Origin: Heterodontus francisci
Taxonomy: Eukaryota
Assembly: GCF_036365525.1 (NCBI RefSeq)
Contig: NC_090382.1
Location: forward strand, 90,330,574-90,394,573
Reading direction: 5' to 3'
DNA: 64,000 nt
Positions 50,236 through 63,047 of this stretch are shown in pieces. The notes under the pieces were generated by a model. It was not told the origin of the DNA and did no database searches. It saw only the letters and a program-made list of their open reading frames with translations. Position 1 is the first letter of the stretch. Each line of letters opens with the position of its first letter. Both the position numbers and the translations under genes were made by a program.

Positions 50236-51031
50236 CCAGTGTTTAACTGGAGAAAATTGGAGCTCAGCCAGGTCTAGTTTAAAGATGCTGGATAAATTCA
50301 AGTTGTTTGTGTCCAAAGTCAGGAGTAGCAAATTTCCTTTTGATTTTGTAGTGTTTGGATGTTTGAGAGCTGTATGTGGTTGAGGAGAAATTTAATTTGA
50401 GTAGGTATTTAGTAAAGTGCTTTAAACTCTGAAGTATTCTTGTTTTTTTTAAAACCAACTGAGGTAACGAGAGTCAGTGAGGGTAGTGCATTTGATGTAG
50501 TCTGTGGATTTTAGTAAGACTTTTGACAAGGTCGCACATGACTGGTCAGAAAAAAGAGCATATGGGATCCAAGGGAAAGTGGCAAATTGGATTCAAAATT
50601 GGCTCAATAGTAGGAAGCAAAGGGTAATGGCTGACAGACATTTTTGTGGCAGGAAGGCTGTTTCCCCTGGGATTCTGCAGGGCTCAGTACTAGGTCCCTT
50701 GCTTTTTGTAGTATGTATTAGTGATATAGACTTGAATCTCGGAGGCATGATTAAGAGGTTTGCTGATGATACAAAAATTGGCTGTGTGATTGATAGTGAG
50801 GAAGAAAGCTGTGGCCTGCAAGAAGATGTCAATGGAAGGCTCAGATGGGCAGAAAAGTGGCAAATGAAATTCAATTCAGAGAAGTGAGGTAATGCGTTTG
50901 GGAAGGGCAAACAAGGTAAGGGAATACACAAATAATAGTAAGATACTGAGAAGTGTAGGGGAACTGAAAGACCTTTGAGTGCATAGACGAATATATGAAT
51001 TAAGATCATGAGTAGGCCAGAGATCCCTGAA

Positions 51032-51384
51032 GGTAGCACAATAGTGGTGCAGTGGTTAGCACCGCAGCCTCACAGCTCCAGCGACCCGGGTTCAATTGTG
51101 GGTACTGCCTGTATGGAGTTTGCAAGTTCTCCCTGTGACCGCGTGGGTTTTCGCCGGGTGCTCCGGTTTCCTCCCACAGCCAAAGACTTGCAGGTTGATA
51201 GGTAAATTGGCCATTATAGGTTGACCCTGGTATAGGTAGGTGGTAGGGGAATATAGGGACAGGTGGGGATGTGGTAGGAATATGGGATTAGTGTAGGATT
51301 AGTATAAATGGGTGGTTGATGGTCAGCACAGACTCGGTGGGCCAAAGGGCCTGTTTCAGTGCTGTATTTCTAAATAAAAAAAAA
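51032..51384 (+). mobile_element. tRNA-derived V-SINE (HE1-like), full length
   Basis: A box tggtgcagtgg, B box gggttcaatt, V-domain tggagtttgcaagttctccc...tgctccggtttcctcccac, CR1-like tail and A-rich end. Confidence 0.9.
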
Positions 51385-51659
51385 CAGTAGATAAGATGGT
51401 GAAAAAGGCATACAGGATACTTTATTAGCTGAGGCATAGAATATAAGAGCAGGGAGGTTATGCTAGAACTGTGTGAAACACTAGTTAGGCCACAGCTAGG
51501 GTACTGAGTGCAGTTCACATTACAGGAAGGATGTGATTGCACTCGAGTGGACAGAAATTTATGAGGATGTTGCCACGACTGGAGAATTTTAGCTATGAGG
51601 AAAGATTGTATTTGCTGGGGTTGTTTCCTTTGGAATAGAGGAGGCTGAGGGGAGATTTA

Positions 51660-52259
51660 GGCCAGAATTTTACACTGTCCTGCAGGAGCGGGCTGGAGGT
51701 TGCGGGGGTGGGGTCGTAAAATTGAGTGGGAGGGTGCCGTTCCCGTCGCCTTCGCGCCTCCACTGCAATTTTATAAGGTGTGGGGGCGGCGAGAAATGGC
51801 CTGCCCACCTAGATCAATTAAGCCCTTTAAGTGACCAATTAACTGCCACTTAAGGGCCTCCTCCTACCACCACTGGTGTATTAGCAGTGGCGGGGGCTCA
51901 GGACTCCCAGGAGGCTGTTCAATAAAACCTGGCAGCCTCCTTGCGTGTTGGGGGTGGGGGGGGTGCACCCTAATCGGGCACCCTGGGCCCCATGCAGAGA
52001 CCCAACTGCACAACCGGCCCCACTACATGACATTCTCCTGCCCCCTACTACTGGGACTGAGAGCTGCTGGCCTGCTGATTCGCCAGCAACTCTTAGAGGC
52101 GGGACTTCCTGCCTCAGAGGGGCTCAAGTCCCACCCGAGGCCAATTAAGGACCTGGGCTGCGTAAAATCATAGCGTGGCTCCCAGGCCTGGTGGAGGCCG
52201 GCTTGCCCTGACTTTTTGGCCAGCGGGTGGGGCCTCCCACCTAAAGTAAAATTCTGGCC
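51660..52259. mobile_element. PIF/Harbinger-type MITE
   Basis: Perfect 14-bp TIR GGCCAGAATTTTAC / GTAAAATTCTGGCC; TTA on both flanks. Confidence 0.9.
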
Positions 52260-53079
52260 TTAATTTCGGCATATAAAATTATGGTAGGCCTTGATAAAGT
52301 GGATAGAAAGGACCCATTTCATTTAGCAGAGAGGACAATAACTAGGGGAATGGATTTAAAGTACTTGGCAAAAGGATTAGAGGGGAGTTTTAAAAAAATT
52401 TTCCCAGAGGATGGTGGGGGTCTGGAACTCACTACCTGAAAGGATGGTAGAGGAAGAAACCCTCATCAGATTTTTTCAAAATGCTTGCTCCTGAAGTGCT
52501 GTAACCTACAGGGCTTTGGACCAGAACCTGGAACGTGGCATTCAGCTGCATAGCTCTTTTTCAGCTGGCACAGACTCGATGGTCCAAATGGCCACTTGCT
52601 TTGCAGTAAATTTTCTACATTTTAAAGAAGTGTAAAGAAATGCTATTCTGTTAATGTGCCTTAACTCAAATAGCCCCCATTTATCAAACAAATCTTTCCA
52701 TTTTGAGCTGAGAAAGCTTAATGGGAACCCATCTGAGCAGAATTATATTTACTTTATATAGTATCTCATCAGATCAAAGCAGTGTTATGTAGGCAAACGT
52801 GACAACTATTCTGTGCCAGCAGCATCCTGGAAACAGGAAAAAGGTGAATGACCAGCACATCCGTTTTTCTTAGTAGTATTAGTTGAGGGAGAATTGCTGG
52901 CCAGATCAGTCGAAAGATGTCCTGCTCATTTTGTATAGTAGCACGAGATTTTTAAATGTTTATCGGTGAAGTATTTTTCATTTTATTATTGTGAAGGGAA
53001 TCTGAACCGATGTCTCAAAGGTGAATGAATAGCAATCTATTCCAGTGTGGCATCTTTGTTCAATCTGAGTCTCTATTTT

Positions 53080-54130
53080 GTGAACTATTGCTTCTTCTAC
53101 TTGAAATAGTTTTATAAAACCAGAAATCCAATTTACCTTTTCCATAATGTCTTTCAACCTGCAACTTTGCTTTTAAACGTCTATGTATTTAACATGAAGA
53201 GGAACTCTTTATATCTCTCTCTTGGAGTTTTACTTTCCATTATGTTTCTCCTATAGCCATTTAGATCAATACCACACAATGTCACATTGCTCTTTACTCT
53301 GACAGTTGCTGCTCCTAGGGTACCATAAATTAATAAAAACTACTTCCCTCCCCAATGTTGGTCATTTCTGCTTTACTCCTGCACTCCATTGAGTCGGCTA
53401 CCATTAATTTCTCATTCATGTGTAAATGCATTTGCCCTGTATCTTTCTACTTCCCTAACCTGTGTTTAGAAGTATTGTGCATTCTTCCTCAGTTTGTCAA
53501 TCCCTTAATTCAGTATTGTCAGCATATTTTAAAATTTCCAAACCCATGTCAAAATCATGTCTGTACATGGAAAGCAGGAAAGGACCCAACTCACGTCCCC
53601 AGGACACACCATAAACTATATCTTGCCAATCCAAGAAATGTCCATGTACACCCAATCTCTACTTTCTATCTTTTAGCCAATTCAAAAAAAAACTATACTG
53701 AAACAAAAACATAAACATACAGCAGGTCTACCAGCACCTGGGTAGAGATCAAACGGGTCAATGTTTCAGGTCTGGGCCCTGAACAAAGGCCTGTCAAAAA
53801 CATTGGATCTATCCTTTCTATATATGCTGACTGACCTACGTTTCCACAATTTTTTGTGTTTGTTTCAGATTTCTAACAGTTTCATTGGGTTTTTTTTAAC
53901 CTCTATCCTGCCATTTTACCTACGGCTTATAAGTTAATACCATACATCTTAATTTTCATAACTGCTTATATGGCACTTTATCAATCTCTTTTTGAAAATC
54001 CAGATGCATGTCTGTCGCATACTGTTATAGGCTTGGTAATTTCCTTGAAGAATTTGATTAAATTAATCACGACATACCAGTTACAGATTCTGTTGACTGT
54101 CCTTGATTAGCCCATATTTTTCTAAATGTT
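53080..54130 (-). mobile_element. Very old CR1-like RT remnant with a degenerate Penelope palindrome at ~53700-53880
   Basis: ggcactttatcaatctctttttgaaaatccaga reads as DFQK..DKVP on the minus strand; ttgtcagcatattt as YAD. Confidence 0.5.
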
Positions 54131-54679
54131 CACTAATGTTAACCCTTATTTACAACAGCATGAAATTTCAGTTATATAGTATCTCAAGGTGCTTCAGACA
54201 TGTTAATCAGAAAATATGGACACGAAGTAAATATTTGGAGCTCAGTCGAAGAGGTGGGTTTTACGGAGGGTCTTGATAGATGGACAGGTTCTTTGCGACT
54301 TAGAATATTAAACAATCTTAAGTATCAATTCTCATGTAGAACATTAACAATACACCCTCAATTTCAATATTCATACAGCCTTCAGGGAATAGCAATAAAG
54401 AAAGCAGAGAGCTCGGGGCTTCAAGTACATAGATCTTCAAGGTATGTGAGCAATGCTGTGAACCGATAGCTGGAAGAAATAGACTGTTGGGGTGCATTCA
54501 TAGGACAATTGATTAAAAGACAACATACTATTTTGTACAAGACTTTGGTGATGCCTCACTTGGATGGAATGTGTCCAGTTCTGGCCTTTTCACGTGGTGG
54601 GTGTTATTGAGGCTCTGAAAAGGGTGCAGAGGTGGGTTATTAGACTTATCAAGATAGGTTAAAAGAGTTGGGATTGTAC

Positions 54680-55660
54680 TGTTATGACCGGGTGAGGAAG
54701 GGGTCTCCAGCTCCCCTCTGGCCCTTTTCCTGGTTTGGCCGTCACAGGGTTTAACTTTTAAAAGTGTTTTTAGCTTAACACCTCAGGGAATCCTTACTTA
54801 CTGCTCTCTGATTGTAATTGTAAATGAACCAATCAGACAGGGTTTCTTAGGTTTAAGCAAGAAAGATGTAAATTTATTCACCGTATCACTCGAACTCAGT
54901 TAAAATTACTAAAAATACGTGATACACACACACAAATAGATATAAAGGGGGAGAAAGAATTAAAGGGGGAGGGTTTGGAGGAGTACCTGGAATTCAGTTC
55001 CTGTCTTTAATTTTGCTGTAAAGTCCTTGGTTGGAATTACAGTCTTGTAGATCTCACTGGGGCCCAATGCACACTTTCAAACTTGCTTCTTTGGTACCAG
55101 AAGGCTGAAGAGGTCCTTTGTCTTGAGATTGAAGTTGCTTCCGTGGGTTCCTGGGACTTTGCTTGAGATTGAGAGAGACAGAGAGATAGCTTCCTTCTCT
55201 TTTGTCTTCAAATTGCAGTCTGCCCTTTCTGTGTGGCACAATTCAAAAGATCCCCAGGTTGGCTAGCGGGTTGAACATGTGACCGGCTCTTTGTTTGAAC
55301 CTGCATCATTTGCAAGGATTGTTGATTTCAAAGGTTCTCCAGTCACAGTCAATGGTGGTGGTAGTGGTGGGGGGTAGGGGCGGGGAGCGGCATGGAGGTT
55401 TGTCTCTTACAATGTCAGTGGCTCTCAATGTCTTTTGATCACCACTATTGACAAACACATTTCGCTAATTGAATCAGTGAGCACTCCCATTGTCTCTCTA
55501 TGCAACTGTCTCTCAGAATGCAAATATGCAGGCATGTTTTAGCTGTTCAGTTCTGTGGTCCTTTAATCAAGTTATGTTTAATGCCCAGTAAAAAGTTCAA
55601 GTAGTGTTCCATATGACGAAATTAATATGTTTCCATTTGGCAGGTATGGTTTCCATAACA
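54680..55660 (-). repeat. 3' LTR
   Basis: TGTTATG...CATAACA 7-bp inverted ends; direct repeat of 58975-59953; purine-rich gagtcggtgaggg precedes it on the minus strand. Confidence 0.93.
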
Positions 55661-56529
55661 CCCTCACCGACTCAAATACGACATTAGGTGGAGCATTTCA
55701 TTATAAATTAGAAGGAAGAGAAAGTACAGGAAAGCACACATGCATTTCTCTCATTCATTCAGAAATCTTAAAATTGTTACAGCCTGTCTTTCCTTTGTAG
55801 CAGTGCTGCTTTAAACGTCCCCTTTTTCCTTGAGGTGAGTCTGAGATAGTTATGTATTGCCCAAAGGGTTTAAAGTTTCTTCATTATCAGCTTGCAATAA
55901 GTCGGGACTAGGCATCGCAATAAACATGTGATTTTTGAGGAAGTTTGAGGTTTGCACATTTCCATGATTGTCTAGGGTGCCTTTGTTCCTGTTGGGGTCT
56001 GCAGGGGGATGGTTAGATTTAATTAGCACTGGTTTGGTGCTCTGATCATGGGAGGCAGCAGTGGATCACGCTGACCTCATTTTCAATGCTCTGGTGAGTC
56101 ATGCAAGTGCTGTTAACTTCAGGGCATTGTTAGTTCCCTTTTCTCCTGACTGTGGGGAGAACTCTTTGCTAGCCTTCCCTTTGTCCTCTGGGACATTTCT
56201 GCTTGCAGGTATTTGTCCAGATCTACTGCACTCCCCTGCGGCACTTCGACTAGGTGAGGCATTACCCTCAGTGTTTCTCTCCCCTCTTCAGGGCTGTCTG
56301 TGTCCCTGCAAGTTTCTGTAAATGCTGTTAACAACCTTGGTGGGGTGTTTCAATTGTCTGCATTTACATAGGAGGATGTGAGGTCTAGCTTTTCCAACAT
56401 TTCGGGGTTGGCTGACCAGACAGTAGGGGTTTTCATTTGGGAATCCTCCCAGACCTCCTTTAACCTGTCCTCTTTGTCCCTTTTCCTCTAGCTTTTTGCC
56501 AGCCCTGTGCCTGTCTGTCCGTTTTTGTT

Positions 56530-56880
56530 CTCAGCTTGGGTCCCTTACAATTCACCAGCCCTCTGCTGAAGGGTTTCCCAAAAGCCGATACAGGAATTAG
56601 GAATGTAGATTTCACTGCAGTTTGGGGTTTCCCCTCAACCCTGGCACATGTGGCAACTCCTACAGTACTCCACCACATCTTGGTGGAGTTTTGGCCAGGC
56701 AGACTGCTGTCTTATGCGGGCTTTGGTTTTTTGTATACTGACATGTACAGCCATTGTAATCTCGTGGGCCTTTCTTAATATTTCACTCCGGTACCTCTGT
56801 GGCACCACTAACTGGTGAACCACTGTCCACTCTTTGTCCTCAGGTCTGCGAGGAGAACTCTACTTCCTTATCAGTACATC
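56530..56880 (-). pseudogene. Integrase N-terminus (HHCC zinc-binding domain and start of core)
   Basis: QLVVPQRYRSEILRKAH...H...WPKLHQDVVEYCRSCHMCQ then PFSRGLVNCKGP. Confidence 0.85.
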
Positions 56881-56995
56881 ATTCTTTAAATAGTAGCAAT
56901 CAGGGACTCCCTCTGCTTCAATTTCAGTCTGGGTAGCCTGTGCTAATTTCTCAATACTGGGTCGGCTCGCTGAGCCTCAGCCAGGGAAGATCTGT

Positions 56996-58838
56996 TTAAT
57001 CCATTCCCTGGGTCTCTAACTTCCCAAAGAAAGTTTCAGACAGACAGACCTCATGGTCATCTGCCTGCAGTGCCAATTCAGTCTCCTCTGGGGGAGCTGG
57101 TTTGGTCATGGCCCAATTCAGTACATATTCAGGGGAACTGCAGGGGACTGTCTCCTGCCACTGCCCTGTCTCTTCGGGCTCCTTTCGTGTCTCTTTCACT
57201 GCTGGGGAAGCTACCACCTTTGCCCCCACCAGATCATTACATAGGAGCAGGTCAATCCCTTCTACAGGCAAACTAGGGACAATCCCTATCGTCACCGGTC
57301 CCGAAACTAGGTCGCCCTCCAAGTGCACCCAGTGTAAAGGTACAGGTGTGCACTGCCCTCCAATACCATTCACCACTATTCTGGTATTTACTGCATTCTC
57401 TGGGGGAAAGGTCATGCCTTTTCCCAGCAAACGGGATCTGGTGGCCCCTGTATTCCTAAGGATTACTATGGGCTTGCTTGCCCCACTTGAGGGGCATGGG
57501 GTTACTCTCCCTTCAGACACAAAATCCTGATAACCGTCAGGTATCCTATTAGATTTTCCTGCACCCACAGCAGTATGTGTTCCGAGTCTTACTGTCACTA
57601 CAGTTAAAGCCACAGCCTGCTCAGCTGTGCTTTCCAGCAGGGTCCCATCTCCTGCACTGAGGGCGTGTGTCCTGATTAACCCTACAGGCTTTCGCCGTAG
57701 TTTCCAGAAGTCAGCTCTTAGATGACCTGCCTTATTACAATGCAAGCACACAGATCTCGGAGTCCCGCACCTACTTTCAGCACTATCCTTTTTAGCTGGA
57801 GGAGGGCCCCCTGTGTGTCCAAATTTTCTTTCTCTCTCAGGACTGCTTGAGCTCCTATTACCTTCCCACCCTTTGTCCTTTCAGATTTGTTGGGGGGGGC
57901 GGCTACGAAAGGTTTTCCCCGGGGAATTGACTTGTATATTAGAGCAAACTCATCAGCCATAACGGCAGCTTGCCTCACTCTATGTACTTTATGTTCCTTC
58001 ACATGGGTCTTTATGGAGAGGGGAAGAGAGTTTTTAAATTCCTCGAGGAGAATTACCTCTGAGGTTTTCATAGCTGGGCTGCACTTTAAGAGCCCTCAAC
58101 CACTGGTCAAAAGCCAGCTGCTTACTTCTCTCAAACTCCAGGTAAATTTGATCAGCTTGTTTCTGGAGGGATCGGAACTTCTGGTGGTAGGCTTCCAGTA
58201 TGAGTTCATATGCCCTGAGAACAGCATTTTAAGTCAGTCCACAATTTGACGAACACTCATCTGGCAACAGGGAATAAACCTCATGGGCTTTTCCTGTTAG
58301 CTTACTTTGCAAATCTCATCTGGCCATTTTAACTATCTTGCAAGTTTCTCAAAAGATACAAAAAATGCTTCCGTGTCTCCCTCATTGAATTTTGGAATCA
58401 ATTGGGAAAATGTTTAAAACTCAGCAAACAGTCCTGAATTACTATGTTCCATATTTTCCATGCTTTCACTGGGGTTACTCTGTCGCCCCTAGCTAACTCA
58501 AGCCACCTCAGCTCTCTTTCCTCCTGTCCCTTCTGGAAATTTATTTCTCTCTCTCCCTCGCTCTCTTTCCCTGTCTTCTAATTTAAGTTTCCTCTATTCT
58601 AATTGTATCTTTGCCAATATTACCCAGTCTGACTCAAATTCCAACCCTGTTTCTGCTTCAGATTCAAGGAAAAAATGGTGGCCACTAGTCTCAGGAGTTC
58701 AGACTTCCTAGCCTTGGCACGGAAAGTGATCCCACACTGCTCTGGCCATATTTCTCAACTCTTCCATAGACAGTGCTTTTAACATATTCCAAGTTACTTC
58801 ACCCTGGCTTGGGAGTTGCTGGCTTCGGTTGCAGACAT
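56996..58838 (-). pseudogene. gag (SCAN-like capsid region, zinc knuckle) and aspartic protease, disrupted
   Basis: IPKFNEGDTEAFFVSFEKLA; ILLEEFKNSLP..IKTHV..AAVMADEF; CLHCNKAGHLRADF; ILRNTGATRS; IDLLLCNDL. Confidence 0.85.
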
Positions 58839-58949
58839 GTTAGTATTCTAGTACACACAACAAGAAAACCTGTATTGGAATCTTTTCTCTTTTTTGATTG
58901 GGATCAATTTGATTTCACACTTCCAATGTGTCGTTTGTCTGTGGGTCCA

Positions 58950-58968
58950 ATCCAGACGCCAGCCCCCA
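58950..58968 (-). promoter_or_regulatory. Primer-binding site, tRNA-Pro-like
   Basis: TGGGGGCTGGCGTCTGGAT 6 nt inside the 5' LTR, similar to canonical PBS-Pro TGGGGGCTCGTCCGGGAT. Confidence 0.6.
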
Positions 58969-58974
58969 AATTAC

Positions 58975-59953
58975 TGTTATGTCCAGGTGAGGAAGGAATC
59001 ACCAGCTCTCCTCTGGCCCCTTTCCCGGTTTGGCCGTAACAGGGTTTAACTTTTAAAAGTGTTTTTAGCTTAACACCTCAGTGAGTCCTTACTCACTGCT
59101 CTCTGTTTGTAATTGTAAATGAACCAATCAGACAGACTTTCTTAGGTTTAAGCAAGAAAGGTGTAAATTTATTAATCTTATCACTCTCAGTTAAAATTAT
59201 TAAAAATACGCGACACAACCATGCTAGCATGCATACGAGATAAATATGCACACAAATAGAGGAGGAGAAAGAATTAAAGGGGGAGGGTTTGGAGTTGTTA
59301 ATGGAAATCAGTTCCTGTCTTTACTTTTGCTGTAAAGTCTTTGGTTGGAATTGCGGTCTTGTAGTTCTCATTGGGGCCCAATGCACACTTTCAAACTTGC
59401 TTCTCTGGTACCAGAAAGCTGAAGAGGTCCTCCATCTTGAGGCTTAAGTTGCTTCTGTGGGTCCCTGGGACTTTCCTTGAGAGAGAGTCAGGGAGGTAGC
59501 TTCTTTCTCTTTTGTCTTCAAATTGTACTCTGCCATTTCTGTGTGGCACCATTCAAAAGGTCCCCAGGTTGGCCTGAGGTTGATAACGTGGCCAGCTCTT
59601 TGTTTGAAACAGCAGCGTTTGCAAGGATTGTTGATTTCAAAAGTTCTCCAGTCACACTCAATGGGGGGGGGGGGGGGGGGGCATGGAGGTTTGTCTCTTA
59701 CAAAGTCAGTGGCTCTCAATGTTTGTTGATCACCACTATTGACAAAACCCATCTCGCAAATTGAATCAGTGAGCACTCCCATTGTCTCTGTATGCAACTG
59801 TCTCTTGGAATGCAAATGGGCAGCCATGTTTTAGCTGTTCAGGTCTGTGGTACTTTTAAACGAGTTATGTTCAATGTCCAGTAAAAAGTTCAAGTAGTGT
59901 TCCATATGACAAAATTAATATGTTTCCATTTGGCAGGTGTGGTTTCCATCACA
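58975..59953 (-). repeat. 5' LTR
   Basis: TGTTATG...CATCACA; direct repeat of 54680-55660; adjacent to PBS and gag start. Confidence 0.93.
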
Positions 59954-61489
59954 GTACACTTTAGAGAAGTGTAGAAATGGGGGGGGGGGGGGGGGGTGAT
60001 CTGATTGAGGTTTAAGATGATGAGGGAACTAGATTGTGTTCCAGTTGACAGTTTGTTCCAATAGGTTAGAGGGGACCAGGTGTTACAACCTTATGTTGTG
60101 TCAGACCAGATCCAGTTGAATGTCAGGAGGTGGTTCATTGCCCAGACAATAGTGGACCTCTGGAGCAAGCTGTCATTTCATAGGGTCAATGCCAATTCAT
60201 TGAATTCCTTCAACTGAGAGATGGATCTGTTTCCAGTTCAGAGTGGGCATTACTTCTTACAAAAGTTGGTACTGCAGGGAATTCAGAGCCAGACCCATCT
60301 CCTGGACTAGTTTTGATCACCCAGCTGGGTTGGAAGGGCTTTTTACAGATTCCACACCACCCCAGCACCCCCAGCAAAATCTATCTGGGTTTCTGTTTTT
60401 TTTTTGCCTTTTAGGAGATCACATGGAGAGTGAAAATATTGTGATATACCAGATGGAAGAGGGTCTTTATCTGTCCATCATTTCTATCTGGGTTGCTTTT
60501 GTTAGCGCATCTTGGCATACAATTTCCTGGTATATTTGTTTTCTACGAATCCAATTTCAAGTAGTCACAGTTAGCTTTATTTATAGTATAAATGCACTTT
60601 GAATCAATTTCTGGACTTGGCTGAGAAATGGTTATTAGACTTGTAACCCTAAGCCAGACCGACTGCTTTCTTTCTGACACGACATTTTCTACAGATTTTA
60701 CTTATTTCAAGAACTTTCCAACATTTCTTGAGATTCACAGCTGAATTAATGTTCTCATTTTCCTTTGAAGTATAACACATCTTTGTGTATTTATTTCTGT
60801 TTTATCAGTTCACTAAATTTACACTGGATGCTTGCAGCCAATCTTGCTAGGTGTTAAATTTTTAAATTGATTATTCCACTTACAACCTGAATATGGAGGA
60901 GGAAGAGAAGCAAATTCATGTTCGAAAAATCTATACTCTCAGATGAAAGGAATCTGAACCCATGTTCCATATTCCAAAACTAACTTCTGCCTGAAGGAAG
61001 CGGGAATTAAATCAACACCCTCCCACAAAAAACATAGAATTTATTAAATATACACTATCTGAGTAAAAGGACAAAAGGAGCTGGAAGGGGACAGCAGAAA
61101 TAAAGAAATGCTCTTCTCAAATTCTTCTAGCCACAAACCTGGCACAGTTGAAATAATAATTAACCAACCTTGAAACCTTGATGACAATTTCAGTGTATAT
61201 TCAATAAAAGGTCACTCTACAAAGATCAAATATTGGAGTTTGGACCAATTTCTGAGGTGAATACTTTTATCTATAACAAAACATATATAGGTACTATTTT
61301 AAGCCACAATTTCCAAAAGGCAGACTACATTGTGAGACACTAATCAGCATCATTTGTTTTTTAAAGCTTATATAGCATCACATTTCTAAAGCATTTGTCT
61401 AACAGCCATCAATGGATTCACATTAGTGGATAAAACATCTTTGAGACACAAACAAGTTTTTCACACTTTTTTTTTTAAAGAAACAGAAA

Positions 61490-61495
61490 TTTATT
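61490..61495 (-). terminator. Candidate poly(A) signal of a convergent gene
   Basis: Minus strand ttttcAATAAAtttctgtttcttt-A-run-gtgtgaaaaacttgtttgtgtc (GU-rich downstream). Confidence 0.45.
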
Positions 61496-63047
61496 GAAAA
61501 CCAAACTGGAGATTCTCATTCTGTTTAAGTAATCATCTCCATGCAAACACCTTTGCTAGTAATTGACTGTAAATGCCTGGCATCTCTTAACAGAATATAA
61601 ATCAAAGTATTTTTAAAATTAAAATTCGGAAGTATAACCAAGTCACAGTTGTTTGTAAACTGCAACCCCCCCCTCCCCCAACCCCCGCCATAGACTTTTA
61701 ACTAAACCAGTCATATATTGCACTGTACCAGCAAAAATGATCAATTCATTGGCTAAAAGGAACTAGCCTAATTTAAATAAATTAAAACGTAAACATAAAC
61801 ATTGCACACTAACCATAAAAAACACAATACTGAACGAGTGTAAATCTTTTAAAGCAAACAGTGAACAAAAATGACTTTGTAAATATCACCTAGAAGGTCC
61901 TGATGAAGTATTACACAAAATAAATTCTTAACATTTGTCTGAATTTCCACAGTTGGATTTCAATCTTTGTTTTCTTCTATTAATCTTATACATATAATTC
62001 CTTTATTACAACTTCAGTGATTTAAAAACGACATCAAGCCAAATGGAAAAATTCAGAAGCATTTCCTCCACAAAATGCCTTTTACAGTAACATTTAACAG
62101 TCTCAAACTGAATTACATAAATCTTGTAAATCAAATGTAAATAACTTCAAAAAGCATGTTTATTATACAAGCTTCTTGTATGTGATCAAAAAAAAAAAAG
62201 AGCTGCACGTTTTTCCCCTCCCAAATGCTAGTAATGTAAAGAACAAGTTGTCTTTGTTGGTCGTAACCAGCAAGCTTAAAGCCCTCAGTACTCAATTGTT
62301 TAATTCACAAAATGCAATAAATCAGTAAAACAGCAGCATAAGCAGAGAGCCAAACGGTTTGATTAGGTTAGTGCAGCAAACCAAAAAATAATTTTAGTAA
62401 GTTTCCAAGAAGCTTAGAGTTTACAAAAAGAAAGTAAAAAAGTTGAACCCTTCAGGTAATTTGATGTGGGCCTCACTTCAGCATTTTTATAATTTTTTTT
62501 TAAAAAAGTGCTAAAATATTCTGACCTAGTAGCTTTCCATTATTTCAGAATCAGCCTTTCAAGCACTGAATGCAGTAGAGCGCTACACTAATTAATTTTT
62601 TTTTGCTTTTCATTTATAAAACATACAAAATAATGCTGCTGAAAAATGTATTCCAACCATTCCTTTCATTAAAAATGATTTCACTTGGTTGGTTTTATGG
62701 CACATAGCTTCTTTATGGTTCAGATATAAACTCAACACCTGATTCTACTAAAATCCATGCTCAAAAGCTTTACCTTCATTGTAACTGAACTTCTACTCCC
62801 TTCCTCAAAGCATTTTCCTAAAACTACCTAAAATTAATTTCTCCTACCCCAGTCCAACATTTTTAGGAGTTAGGGAACTACAGTCAATCAGCTTCTATGT
62901 CTATGCCTAGAAACTATCCTGAAATTAAAACAATCCTTTACTATGGAATCTCTTGCAAAATAAAAAAAAAATAGCATCTTAAGCAATGCTTGAATTTTCA
63001 GTGAAGACTAAATAAAAGCCTTTTTGTAATAAGAGAAAGCATAGCAT

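Larger units (their letters stand above)
50455..52615 (+). mobile_element. Degenerate CR1 3' half hosting a SINE and a MITE
   Basis: DFSKTFDKV..QGSVLGPLLF..FADDTKIG ORF 50504..50887; continues at 51385-51659 and 52263-52615. Confidence 0.82.
54680..59953 (-). mobile_element. Gmr1-like Ty3/Gypsy LTR retrotransposon, internally deleted (no RT/RNase H seen)
   Basis: Two ~980-bp LTRs, GTAC TSD (54676-79, 59954-57), gag-protease-integrase N-terminus on minus strand. Confidence 0.93.
54290..60300 (+). mobile_element. Old CR1 3' part (54290-54679 and 59958-60300) split by the LTR element
   Basis: gagttgggatt-GTAC-actttagagaag...gatctgattgagg restores LGLYTLEK...DLIE across the insertion. Confidence 0.72.

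Noticed and set aside
51032-51110. tRNA gene
   Set aside because: A/B boxes are the head of a V-SINE that continues into V-domain and LINE tail
59662-59997. Long G homopolymers as functional G-quadruplexes
   Set aside because: Lie inside an LTR and a decayed CR1; the partner LTR has an interrupted tract, so slippage or assembly error is simpler
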